Notes under the pieces: generated by a model
The model's database searches: none
The model's input: only the letters and a program-made list of their open reading frames with translations
What the model was told of the DNA's origin: nothing
Made by a program: the position numbers and the translations under genes
Part shown: piece after piece, positions 1-8,793 of the stretch
Position numbering within the stretch: position 1 is the stretch's first letter
Layout: each line of letters begins with the position of its first letter
DNA from: a bacterium
GTDB lineage: Bacteria > Zhuqueibacterota > Zhuqueibacteria > Oceanimicrobiales > Oceanimicrobiaceae
DNA length: 19,940 nt
NCBI GenBank assembly: GCA_046757025.1
Contig: JBHHXN010000094.1
Location: 1 to 19,940, forward strand
Reading direction: 5' to 3'

Positions 1-47
1 TGGACCACAACAAAGCAAGTCATTTAAACATTTGCGGCTCCGCCGCG

Positions 48-2432
48 CTAGGGATTTTCCAATTTATGAGGATCATGACAGCTAAAACAATTTTGATTGC
101 TGTCGTGACCTTGCAACGTGTATTCTTTACTTTTGGCAACCTGGAACGGCGGCGGATTTTCACCGCAATCGCCGCCGCAAAAATGGCAGTTCAAACACAA
201 GCCGGAAAATCCCAGGTCGGCCGGTGCACCAGAACCGCCATCATCGTGAATGCGAAAATTCACAAACGTTTTGATGTCCGCAAAACCGCACGCTTGTCCC
301 AATACCGGCTCATCGTACCAGCCGTGGCAAGCAAAACAGCGTGTGGCGTCGTGGCTGGTGGGCGGCAAGGCTTGCACATGGCAGGTGATACACAAAGCCA
401 AATTGGTTTCGGGATTCGCTACCACCGGCAGAGACTGACCCGCCGCGTCCGTGCAAAAATCGGACGGCGACTCATTCAATCGGGCGATTAAAAACGGATC
501 GTTGCCGGTGCTGTGCGGGTTGTGGCACCTGGAGCAATTGTTATTGCCGTGATCGTAATCAAAACCGCTCAGGATATCGCGGAAGGCATTTTTTTCGTCA
601 TGACATTGCAGACAAAGATTGTCGCCATCGAATCGGGTCATGGCGGTAAAACCCGTGCCGTGCGGGTTGTGACAGTCCGTGCACAGGCGGTTTCCGTGCT
701 TGGAAGCTTCGTAATTAGCCATGCTGCGGCTATGATAGGAAAGAAAATAACCGGAACCAGAGGTGGCAGTGGGATGGCACTGTCCGCACAACGTGTTGCT
801 CTGATTGTTGGCATATTTCAAAATGGGATCGTTGGCGCTGCCGTGGGTGGCATGGCAATTTGTGCATTGCAAATCGGCGCCGGGATTGGCGCTATCGCTG
901 TAGAGGTAAACCCACTCGCCGGACATGGGATCAGTCACCGGGCCCTGCGCTTTGAGCAGCGCATATGAATTGCCGTTGCCATGTCCGCTGCTCAAATAAT
1001 AGGTGCTGACATCGGGCACCGTATTGCCGTCGGTAAAAGGCGTTAAACCGCCGAATGCGGACGCGCCATCGGCATCGTGGCAATTAAGACAAAATTCCGC
1101 CGGCACACCCTGGGCAAAACTTTCTGCACGATACGAGACGACGGCGCCGTCGACGTCGTTCAGATCGACATACCCATCCATGTGCGTGGCCTGATCATGA
1201 CAAACCTTGCAATCCTCACTGTCAATTTCTGAATCGTCCACATGATGCGAGGAGCCGTCAAATTCGCCTGCGATGGCTCGACGGCCGCCGGCCGGAATGC
1301 CGTCGCCGTTATCTTGTGGCAGCGCATGACATTCGATGCAGGCCGACGGCATAAAGCTGTCTTTATGACGATGGCATTGCGTACAGTTCACACCCACGTT
1401 GTGGGTATGGTTGCCGCTGCTGTTATTGCGGTGAAAGTCCGTTTTGGTGTGACAAACTTCGCAGATGCCATTGTAAGTGCCGTCGCCGTCGGCAAAGGAG
1501 TTAGGTCCGCTTTCCGCCGTAAAAATCACCGGCTTGCTGCCGCTGTTGGGCGTTTCGACGGTCGGGCCAACCAAAAAGATATTCGTTTGCGCCGGATCAT
1601 GCGGCTGATGACACTGCCGACATCCCTGACTTTTGTGATCCTCATACGTGTGACAAGCCTGGCATAAATCGTCGTCGTTTTTATCCCGTAATATATAACC
1701 GTCGCCCGTGCCGCTGTGGCTGCCACCGGATTCAGCAAAATGCGGCGAATGGCAGGTGGTACACTCTACGCGGTCGGGATCGATCAACGGCAAATCCGGA
1801 TTTTGGGGACTGCTGTAAAAGCGCTCGTCGGATGTGGGGTACACCACCCCCACCGGGTGGCTGCCTTTGTTGTCCGGCGAGGTGCGGTAGCTTCCGACAT
1901 TGCGAACGGCATGACAATCCTTACACAGGGCATTTTGAAAATTCGACGCCCGTAAAAACGGTGGAAAGGTCTGATCGTGCTGATTGTGGCAGGTGGAGCA
2001 GACGATTTTTCCGTCATACACCCTCTTGAGCATTTCCGCATCGGTCGGAAGCGAAGCGCCATACGTGTTGTTGATGGCCGTGGCGTTCCAGGCGTGGGAA
2101 GTACCTGATACGCCGGGATTGGCCCGGTCGGCGTTGGTAAACGGCTTGTTGCTGGCTAATCCGGCGGGATTGTGGCAGGACATACACAGGTTGGCATTGC
2201 CAGCTACGTTGGTTAATTGCACATCCGCACTCTGATGCAATATATGACAAGAGCCGCACTCGATGCCGTTGCCTTTGTGCGGGGCATCTACCAGAGAGAG
2301 TTTCGCGTTTTTTCCCGTCGTTTCAAATGATGGGATAGGTACTTTGTACTGAGCTTTTAAAATGAAAGGACACATTAAGAAAAATATCACCCAAACGATT
2401 TTTGTCAGATTTCTACAAAATTCTGTTTTCAT
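48..2432 (-). CDS. Large secreted multiheme c-type cytochrome, 21 CxxCH, about 794 aa
   Basis: 21 CxxCH motifs counted from CGSCH to CFSCH, many as paired 'CxxCHxPH...LCxxCH' units. Start placed at ATG 2432 (MKTEF...) rather than TTG 2513 because AGGAAGGAAG (2450-2441) precedes it and a signal-like segment (KIVWVIFFLMCPFILKA|Q) follows. Confidence 0.92.
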   Translation of the reverse strand: MKTEFCRNLTKIVWVIFFLMCPFILKAQYKVPIPSFETTGKNAKLSLVDAPHKGNGIECGSCHILHQSADVQLTNVAGNANLCMSCHNPAGLASNKPFTNADRANPGVSGTSHAWNATAINNTYGASLPTDAEMLKRVYDGKIVCSTCHNQHDQTFPPFLRASNFQNALCKDCHAVRNVGSYRTSPDNKGSHPVGVVYPTSDERFYSSPQNPDLPLIDPDRVECTTCHSPHFAESGGSHSGTGDGYILRDKNDDDLCQACHTYEDHKSQGCRQCHQPHDPAQTNIFLVGPTVETPNSGSKPVIFTAESGPNSFADGDGTYNGICEVCHTKTDFHRNNSSGNHTHNVGVNCTQCHRHKDSFMPSACIECHALPQDNGDGIPAGGRRAIAGEFDGSSHHVDDSEIDSEDCKVCHDQATHMDGYVDLNDVDGAVVSYRAESFAQGVPAEFCLNCHDADGASAFGGLTPFTDGNTVPDVSTYYLSSGHGNGNSYALLKAQGPVTDPMSGEWVYLYSDSANPGADLQCTNCHATHGSANDPILKYANNQSNTLCGQCHPTATSGSGYFLSYHSRSMANYEASKHGNRLCTDCHNPHGTGFTAMTRFDGDNLCLQCHDEKNAFRDILSGFDYDHGNNNCSRCHNPHSTGNDPFLIARLNESPSDFCTDAAGQSLPVVANPETNLALCITCHVQALPPTSHDATRCFACHGWYDEPVLGQACGFADIKTFVNFRIHDDGGSGAPADLGFSGLCLNCHFCGGDCGENPPPFQVAKSKEYTLQGHDSNQNCFSCHDPHKLENP

Positions 2433-2628
2433 TGCCACCGCTTCCTTCCTTATTTTGTTTAACTCTATTTTCGTCCTCTGAACCGGTTTCCTCAATCGGT
2501 CGCTGCCGGGCAATTTCGATCAAATAGGTACAGCACAATTCACATTTCTCCATTCCCTGAATGAATTCGCTTGTTACTTCGCGTTCATCGCTACTTTTGT
2601 CCAGATCGACACAAACAAGCCACGAAAA

Positions 2629-4671
2629 TCAACGCAAAAGGATCATCTTTTTAGTTTTCGTAAAAGACTGTGTTTGCAATCTATAGAAATAAACACCCGC
2701 CGGCTGCGGTCGCCCGTGCTCATCGTCGGCATGCCAAACCGCGGATTGATAGCCTGCCGGCTGTCTGGCCTCCACCAGCACCCTAACGCGCTGACCCAGA
2801 ATATTAAATATCTGCAATTTGACGTCGGTTTCTTGCGATACCTGGTATTGGATGATGGTGGTAGGATTGAATGGATTCGGATAATTCTGCAAAAGCGCAA
2901 ATTGTTTGGGAATCGCGGCCACATAGAACAATCCCGGCCCCCGGCCTTGTTGGCCATTTTGATTGGAAATCTGCAGATCGTAAAAGCCGGCAGCGGCGTT
3001 TTCATCGATTGCGATGGTGGCGTTCATCTGGTCGGAACTGGGAACCGAAACCGATTGCACCGTGATTCCCGAACCGCTGAATTTTAGTTCGGCGCCCGCT
3101 TCGAAATGCGCTCCAGAAATTCGGAGATCGACCAGGTCGCCTTGATTGGCGCTGTCTGGCTCCACCGATACCACTGCCAGCGCCTCTGAAGGACGAACGA
3201 AAGTGGAAAGTACGCTCTCTCGCACATACGCACCGCTGTTGGCGGTCTCACCAGAAGCGCGAACTGTGAAAATATAACTGCCGTCAAAAACCGTGTTCGT
3301 AAAATAATTGGCATATACGCCATCGCGGGCCGCCCCATCGAAATGCTGCCCATCGTCATACAGAGGCACGGTGGCGGTCATAAAACCTTCAAATCGATTC
3401 GTATCGGACGATTTGGGCATACCATCCTCAGACGGCCAATCCTCCTCAGCCATCACAGAATTTGAACGAGCTTGAATCGCGGAAGTATTATCAACGGGAA
3501 ATCGTACTTCTGCGCTGACCGAGGCCTGGCTGAGAGGCAAACCGTTTTCTTTTAACACCGCCGTCACCAAAATGGGATCGCCGGCCTCGTATTTAAATTT
3601 GTCCAGAAAAACTTCGATTCGTAAGTCGGAGAATACCTGCACCGTGGAATAATAATTTTCCGGGACCGGTACAACGACCCCAAGCACACGCAGTCCCCAC
3701 AGACCTCGCTCCGGCATTTTTACCGAATAGTATTCGAAGGTGGCGCCTTCGAGATATTGTATGTCTTCAGCCGTTTTTGCGGTTTGCGGAGTGATGATTT
3801 TGCCTTTGGGTGTGATGAGCTCCAAGTCGATATCGCCATGATGATAAACGATGGAAAAAGTGGCAAAGGAAGTCATGCCATCGATTGAAACATAGTGTAG
3901 ATTGGTTTCCCCCTGCGAAATCGTGCCTTGAACGTTGGAAAGAGACTGCTGGCCGGCGATCTGTCCTTTGAGCATCACGTAAATTTGCTGAAGCTCGGCA
4001 GCGGTTGGTGCAAAATTATAGGTCCCGCCGGTGGTCATGGCAATGTGATTCAGCAATTCGCCGTCCACGGTGAATCCTAAACCCACCGTAAAAATATCGG
4101 TGTCTTCTGGAATATTCGGAAGCACATCGGCCACAAACGGCGGCTTGTTTTCTTTGCCGTCGCTCAGCAGCAGCATGGCTTTGCGGCTATCGGCCGCGCC
4201 TTTGTCGAGTTCAATTTGTCCGAATTGAATCCCACTACCGATGGCAGTGGAGCCGGTCGCCACAATGGAGTCGATGGCCATTTGAGCCTGGCTTTTCACA
4301 GTTTCCGACAAAATCGTTTGTAGCGGAAAATCCGTGCTGGCAAAATCGTGAAAACTGACCACACCAATCGCGTCGCCTAATTGCAAAAAGCCCACAAACG
4401 TGGAGGCGGCTATTTTGGCTTCACCAATTTTATCGTCCACGAGCATACTACCTGAACGGTCGATGACAAAAACGATATTGACATTTTCGCCCTGAGCTAA
4501 AACCGAACTCATGGCGCCATCGGCGTAACGCCGGCTCTCCGTATTCACCTGACCAACCAAAGAAATTGGCACCAGGCAAATCATTAAAAATTCAATTAAC
4601 GTGAATTTCTTTCTACGGCCTCGAGATTTTCTTTTTCCCAACAAACACCTTCCACCAGTTTCGATTTTCAT
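2629..4671 (-). CDS. Secreted vWA-domain protein with choice-of-anchor X-like motif, IPT/TIG-like Ig domain and T9SS-type/FlgD-Ig C-terminal domain
   Basis: vWA MIDAS (IVFVIDRSGSM ... GSTAIG ... LLLSDG), 'LYDDGQHFDGAARDGVY' motif, 'VVSVEPDSANQG..V.L.I.G..F' Ig-like strand and C-terminal 'FALLQNYPNPFNPTT...AGVYFYRL...KKMILLR'. Start at ATG 4671 follows GGGGAGGT (4684-4677); ATG 4695 is an alternative. Confidence 0.85.
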   Translation of the reverse strand: MKIETGGRCLLGKRKSRGRRKKFTLIEFLMICLVPISLVGQVNTESRRYADGAMSSVLAQGENVNIVFVIDRSGSMLVDDKIGEAKIAASTFVGFLQLGDAIGVVSFHDFASTDFPLQTILSETVKSQAQMAIDSIVATGSTAIGSGIQFGQIELDKGAADSRKAMLLLSDGKENKPPFVADVLPNIPEDTDIFTVGLGFTVDGELLNHIAMTTGGTYNFAPTAAELQQIYVMLKGQIAGQQSLSNVQGTISQGETNLHYVSIDGMTSFATFSIVYHHGDIDLELITPKGKIITPQTAKTAEDIQYLEGATFEYYSVKMPERGLWGLRVLGVVVPVPENYYSTVQVFSDLRIEVFLDKFKYEAGDPILVTAVLKENGLPLSQASVSAEVRFPVDNTSAIQARSNSVMAEEDWPSEDGMPKSSDTNRFEGFMTATVPLYDDGQHFDGAARDGVYANYFTNTVFDGSYIFTVRASGETANSGAYVRESVLSTFVRPSEALAVVSVEPDSANQGDLVDLRISGAHFEAGAELKFSGSGITVQSVSVPSSDQMNATIAIDENAAAGFYDLQISNQNGQQGRGPGLFYVAAIPKQFALLQNYPNPFNPTTIIQYQVSQETDVKLQIFNILGQRVRVLVEARQPAGYQSAVWHADDEHGRPQPAGVYFYRLQTQSFTKTKKMILLR

Positions 4672-5033
4672 GGATACCTCCCCCATTTTGCTCATGGTTG
4701 ATAAGCACCTCGCTTGAATTGTGTATGTCTTCTGGTCAGCTGTAGGAATGCATCCAGGCCGTACCAGATCATCGACCGTTAAAGCCGCTGTTTGGGCAGG
4801 ATAATTTTACAATCGCATGAAGAATGGATTATCGTCGCCTGCCCTGGCGACCCATCCCAAAACATAAATCGTTTTTTATGAAAAGAACCCCAGCTAATCG
4901 ATTCCGCCCGCCGTGGGCGGAGCTCATTCAAAAGGCCGTGTACTGAAATTTGTCCGTCATCGAGCCTCGTGCGCTCCGATGGCATGGGTCAGTGCTGGTT
5001 CCCGCAGCAATACGTCAAACCGGTGCGGCTAAA

Positions 5034-6272
5034 TCATTTGAGCAGCAGCATACGCCGCACCATCACCAGCTCCTCCAGGCGGATTTCGTAAAGGTACACA
5101 CCGCTGGCCACGATTTCGCCCCGGTCATTGGCGCCATCCCAAAAAATCGCGCTGCCTTCGGTAACGTAACTGCCGCGGCTTTTTTTACCCAGGTCAAACG
5201 TGCGCACCCTCTGCCCCATCTGGTTGTAAATATGAATGATCACCTGACTGTCTTTTTTAAGCTCAAATGGCAGCCAGGTGCCCGGATTGAAAGGATTGGG
5301 GAAATTCTGCAGCAGCGTGCTGGTTGAAGGCAGGAGTGATTCTGCTGGCGGTTCCACGGCGGTGGTAAAATCTCCAATGTCGTAAATTTCTATGCTGCCA
5401 TTATTCATGGCGGTCACCCACAGTCTGCCGCGAGAATCGATGGCCAGATCCATGGGTGCGCGCATTTCGCCCGGTTGCTCCCCGTATTTCCCGATGGCAG
5501 CCAAAAATTCCCCCTCTTCGCTCAACACCGTCACCAATCCCTGGTAGATATCGGCCAAATAAATGCGCCCCCATCGGTCCACGGTGATGCCCTGCACCCG
5601 GCTCAGCTTGCCGAGCTCGTGTCCGTATTTTCCAAATCCCGACTGCCAGATTCCGTTTTTGTCGAACGCGTGGATCATTTTGACGGTCTCTAGATTTTCA
5701 CTGAGGAACAATCCGCCGTGCTCAGCCACCAGTATCCGTTGATTTTTTTTGTCAAACGCAATGCCCGTGGGATAAATCAGTTTTTCCTGACCGAAAGATG
5801 TCACAAACTGACCGCGCTCATCAAATACATGAACACAGTTTTGCTGACTGTCCACTACGTACAACCGATTGTCGTCATCGAAAATCGCGCTGCTCAGCAG
5901 CCCAAAAGGGCCGACATTTTGGCCCATTTTTTTGATGAGCTGACCGTTGACATCCAGAAGGAGCAGCTCGCTCTGCACTCTGTCGCTGACAATCAGACGG
6001 TTTTGCTTATTTACGGCGATGGCCAGCGGAGCCTGGCCGACGGTAAATTCTCCCAGAAACCGGCCCGTGGAATCGAACCGACAAACGCGACTGCCGACGT
6101 CGTCGGTCACGAACACGTTATCGTGCGCATCCATAGTGATGCGCAGCGGACTCTTCAGTCCATCTGAAACACGGAACAAATAGGCGATCTGGTCCGAAGG
6201 ATTCTGCGCCTGTGCCAAGGCCGTGAATAAAAACCAAAAAAGTAATTTGTACAATTGCCGCAATTTTCGCAT
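5034..6272 (-). CDS. Secreted NHL-repeat beta-propeller protein with T9SS-type/FlgD-Ig C-terminal domain
   Basis: NHL blades (PLAIAVN, PTGIAFD, VQGITVD...GRIYLAD, PMDLAID..GRLWV), signal peptide MRKLRQLYKLLFWFLFTALAQA and tail 'LLQNFPNPFNPGT...WDGAND.G..VASGVYLY...RRMLLLK'. ATG 6293 is an alternative start. Confidence 0.88.
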   Translation of the reverse strand: MRKLRQLYKLLFWFLFTALAQAQNPSDQIAYLFRVSDGLKSPLRITMDAHDNVFVTDDVGSRVCRFDSTGRFLGEFTVGQAPLAIAVNKQNRLIVSDRVQSELLLLDVNGQLIKKMGQNVGPFGLLSSAIFDDDNRLYVVDSQQNCVHVFDERGQFVTSFGQEKLIYPTGIAFDKKNQRILVAEHGGLFLSENLETVKMIHAFDKNGIWQSGFGKYGHELGKLSRVQGITVDRWGRIYLADIYQGLVTVLSEEGEFLAAIGKYGEQPGEMRAPMDLAIDSRGRLWVTAMNNGSIEIYDIGDFTTAVEPPAESLLPSTSTLLQNFPNPFNPGTWLPFELKKDSQVIIHIYNQMGQRVRTFDLGKKSRGSYVTEGSAIFWDGANDRGEIVASGVYLYEIRLEELVMVRRMLLLK

Positions 6273-6413
6273 TTTATTATGCCCAAGACACATATTATTT
6301 ATACATTTTATGAGTATGGTTTGAGTAAGAAAAATATAGTAGAATCATTGGGATACTATAATTTCACCTGAGTCGTGCCGGCACAGGAATACGGCCAGGC
6401 AAAAAGCTTAATC

Positions 6414-6591
6414 TAACCTGAATAATTCAAGCTATAAAGTCACAAAGACGCAAAGTATTGTAAACATTGAGTAAAAGAGAATTCAAAAGATTACTTCAAA
6501 AAACTCAGTTCTAAATTCATACTTGTTGTAGGTTATTTATTCTTAGTGACTTAGTGCCTTTGTGGCGAAAGTAAATGAATAATGCAGGTTA
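6414..6591. mobile_element. MITE-like non-coding element (about 178 bp) with terminal and internal inverted repeats
   Basis: TAACCTGAATAATTCA (6414-6429) matches the reverse complement of 6576-6591 (TAACCTGCATTATTCA) at 14/16. Inner IR 6439-6456 vs 6549-6566 matches 14/18. Tandem 8-mers cttagtga/cttagtgc/ctttgtgg at 6542-6565. Confidence 0.6.
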
Positions 6592-6699
6592 AAACAAGGA
6601 CAGGAAGTCAACCCATTTACAAGATGTCGGCCAATGCCCACCGTGGATATCGTTTAGCCAAGTTGGAAGCGCTCGTTGTCAGAATACCGGAAATGAAAA

Positions 6700-6715
6700 A
6701 GCAATTTTTATACCC
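6700..6715 (-). promoter_or_regulatory. Putative sigma-54 (-24/-12) promoter of the leftward operon
   Basis: Minus strand reads GGGTAT-AAAAA-TTGCT: GG-N10-GC spacing with a perfect TTGCW -12 but an imperfect -24. It lies about 150 bp from the palindrome at 6866-6881. Confidence 0.5.
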
Positions 6716-6764
6716 AAAGCAGAATAAAGCAAGCATAAATTGATCGGGTTTCTTTTTCCTATCA

Positions 6765-6777
6765 TAATCCATTGATT
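6765..6777 (-). promoter_or_regulatory. Putative IHF site
   Basis: Minus strand AATCAA-TGGA-TTA matches WATCAANNNNTTR, between the putative sigma-54 promoter and the activator site. Confidence 0.4.
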
Positions 6778-6865
6778 CTATTCAAAATGATAGCAATTTA
6801 TCACCGAACAGGCCCGGAGGGAACAGCGCATGGCGTTTGTGTTGAAGCTCCTAAAAAACGGCAAC

Positions 6866-6881
6866 TGCGCCATTTGGCACA
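6866..6881. promoter_or_regulatory. Putative activator-binding palindrome (UAS)
   Basis: TGCGCCATTTGGCACA; its reverse complement matches TGCGCCAAATGGCGCA (10257-10272) at 15/16. Confidence 0.6.
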
Positions 6882-7025
6882 CCCGCATGGTTTCTCCCCT
6901 TGATTCTATCGGAACTTTTGCCTATCTTCAGAACATACATTTATCCTGACATTTTCATTCAAAAGAGAGCCAAGGTGTTGGGTGTTCAGTCTTTGGAGTT
7001 TTTATGGAAACGCGAAAACGACGTG

Positions 7026-7056
7026 TTTGTCATTCTATAAGAATCTTTTATATTTG
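7026..7056 (+). promoter_or_regulatory. Candidate housekeeping promoter for the two-component genes (Bacteroidota-type -33/-7)
   Basis: TTTG (7026-7029)-N19-TATATTTG (7049-7056) fits TTTG-N19..21-TAnnTTTG. An alternative TTGATT-N17-TATCTT lies at 6900-6928. The AT-rich context makes chance matches possible. Confidence 0.3.
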
Positions 7057-7082
7057 CACGTAAAGTGATATTTATTAAAAAG

Positions 7083-7100
7083 ATCCCGCAAATGCGGGAT
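7083..7100. repeat. REP-like palindrome ATCCCGCA-AA-TGCGGGAT
   Basis: Perfect 8-bp stem followed by GAC; same arms as the hairpins at 19043-19060 and 19469-19488. Confidence 0.55.
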
Positions 7101-7262
7101 GACTATAATGCCGAAATGGGTTTTTGGTTAAATTTCGACTTTTCACACAGCCTCGTTAGGCTACCAGAATACACTGAAGCGTGAACACCGAACGGGCTCT
7201 TCAATACTCCGTTTTTCGATTTTGAGCCTAAAATCCAGGTTTGTGAAGGATCCAAGTTATAA

Positions 7263-8762
7263 ATGACATCAAACCTAATTAGTGAGAACGACATGCTATT
7301 TAAAAAACTGCGTCACCGCATGTTAGCCCACATCATCTGGGTCGTAAGCGTGGTCGTTTTAACGGCGTTCTTTTTTGTGAACAAATTACATCAGCAGTCG
7401 ATGCGGGAGCACTTACAATCGGATGCGGTGAAAATCGCTGAAATGACCGAAAACGTTCTGGTAGAATTGATGCAACATGAAGAGCCTCGGTTGTTGGATG
7501 AATTGTTGCCTGAATTCTCCAGATTACATCACATCAAAAATATACGCATTGTAAATCCGCAAAAAAATGTCGCGTTTTCTTCCAATTCGGAAGAAAAAGG
7601 AAAGATAGTTGATAGAAATGATTTTGTTGAATTTATGCATACGCCGGGATTATCTGCCAATTTCCAAAAGGTAGAAGGTGACAAAACCACCTTTGTGAAA
7701 TGGCGCAAATTGATGAATCGCAGCTTGTGTCAAAGATGCCACGACAAAACCCAACCCTACAACGGCATTTTATGGATTGAGACTTCCGATTCGCTTTCGT
7801 TGAACGTATTGAAATTGAATCATTTCACGCTTGGCGGCATCGCGCTGGGCGTCATCACACTGCTGTCATTGGCCACCGTCATGCTATTTATACGCTCTGT
7901 TGATCGTCCTATTCAAGAGCTACGTGCCGCCATGAATGCCATCGAGCGCGGCGAATTATCGACGCGGATCCATATCACCAGCAAAGATGAGCTTGGACAA
8001 TTAGCCAGCGGTATGAATGCCATGGCAGCCCAATTACAAGAATCCAGACGTCAATTACTGGAGCATCACCGTCAAGAGCTCTCCCAATCTGAAGCCCTGG
8101 CGAAAATCGGTGAACTGGCGGCCGGTTTAGCGCACGAAATCAAGAACCCTATTTCAGGCATTGTTTTTGCTATGAATTCCATCATACGAGAGAGCGATCC
8201 CGATGACCATCGCCAGGAAATTTTCAAGGAGATCGTCAAACAGGCAAATCGAGCGGAACAGAACGTAGAATCGCTGTTGTCGTTTGCACGACAAAGCCGT
8301 CTTGAAAAATTTTCCACAAATCTCAACTCCGTAGTGGAAAGACTGCTTCTGTTTATACAGCGGCAACCGGACATGAGCTCCATCGAAGTCAAAAGCGAAT
8401 TAGACCCCAAGCTTCCGGACGTGATGGTGGATCCCAAACAGATGGAGCAAGTATTGATCAATTTGATCATCAACGCCGTACATGCCATGCCTAACGGGGG
8501 CACGCTAACAATCAAAACGCAACTGGATGCCTCGAAAAAAAAGGTAACCATTTCCATTAAGGACACCGGGGTCGGTATTATGGAATCGTCCAAAGAAAAA
8601 ATCTTCCAACCGTTTTTTACCACCAAAGAAAACGGCGTGGGATTGGGTTTGGCCATGTGCAAGGAAATCATTTCACGACATGCGGGAATTATTTCTTTTG
8701 ATAGCAAATTAGGAAAGGGCACGATTTTTACCATCGAATTGCCCTTAAACAACGAAGTTTAA
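7263..8762 (+). CDS. Membrane sensor histidine kinase (2 TM, periplasmic CxxCH, HAMP, HisKA, HATPase_c)
   Basis: TM1 IIWVVSVVVLTAFFFV; CQRCH (7728-7742); TM2 LGGIALGVITLLSLATVMLFI; HAMP (RPIQEL...DELGQLASGMNAM); H-box LAHEIKNP; N-box QVLINLIINA; DTGVGI, IFQPFFTTK, GVGLGL. ATG 7293 is an alternative start. Confidence 0.95.
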   Translation: MTSNLISENDMLFKKLRHRMLAHIIWVVSVVVLTAFFFVNKLHQQSMREHLQSDAVKIAEMTENVLVELMQHEEPRLLDELLPEFSRLHHIKNIRIVNPQKNVAFSSNSEEKGKIVDRNDFVEFMHTPGLSANFQKVEGDKTTFVKWRKLMNRSLCQRCHDKTQPYNGILWIETSDSLSLNVLKLNHFTLGGIALGVITLLSLATVMLFIRSVDRPIQELRAAMNAIERGELSTRIHITSKDELGQLASGMNAMAAQLQESRRQLLEHHRQELSQSEALAKIGELAAGLAHEIKNPISGIVFAMNSIIRESDPDDHRQEIFKEIVKQANRAEQNVESLLSFARQSRLEKFSTNLNSVVERLLLFIQRQPDMSSIEVKSELDPKLPDVMVDPKQMEQVLINLIINAVHAMPNGGTLTIKTQLDASKKKVTISIKDTGVGIMESSKEKIFQPFFTTKENGVGLGLAMCKEIISRHAGIISFDSKLGKGTIFTIELPLNNEV

Positions 8763-8793
8763 TAAAAGGTTAATCTAATAAATTTAATAAATT

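Noticed and set aside
34..46. GCGGC-TCC-GCCGC hairpin after the 21-heme stop codon
   Set aside because: 5-bp stem with no U-tract; too weak to call a terminator.
4591..4605. FTLIE, a prepilin-like motif after a basic leader in the vWA protein
   Set aside because: Residue -1 is Lys, not the required Gly, and the hydrophobic run is short; more likely an ordinary signal peptide.
4779..4985. 68-aa minus-strand ORF between the NHL and vWA genes; hairpin TCCGCCC-N5-GGGCGGA at 4903-4921
   Set aside because: No RBS or motif support; the hairpin lacks an adjacent U-tract, so no gene or terminator call.
7149..7162. GTTAGGC resembling an integron attC core
   Set aside because: No matching inverse core or cassette structure, and no integrase.
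8072..8752. 226-aa antisense ORF over the kinase, and the other short overlapping ORFs in the track
   Set aside because: Shadow frames of well-supported genes, with no recognisable motifs.
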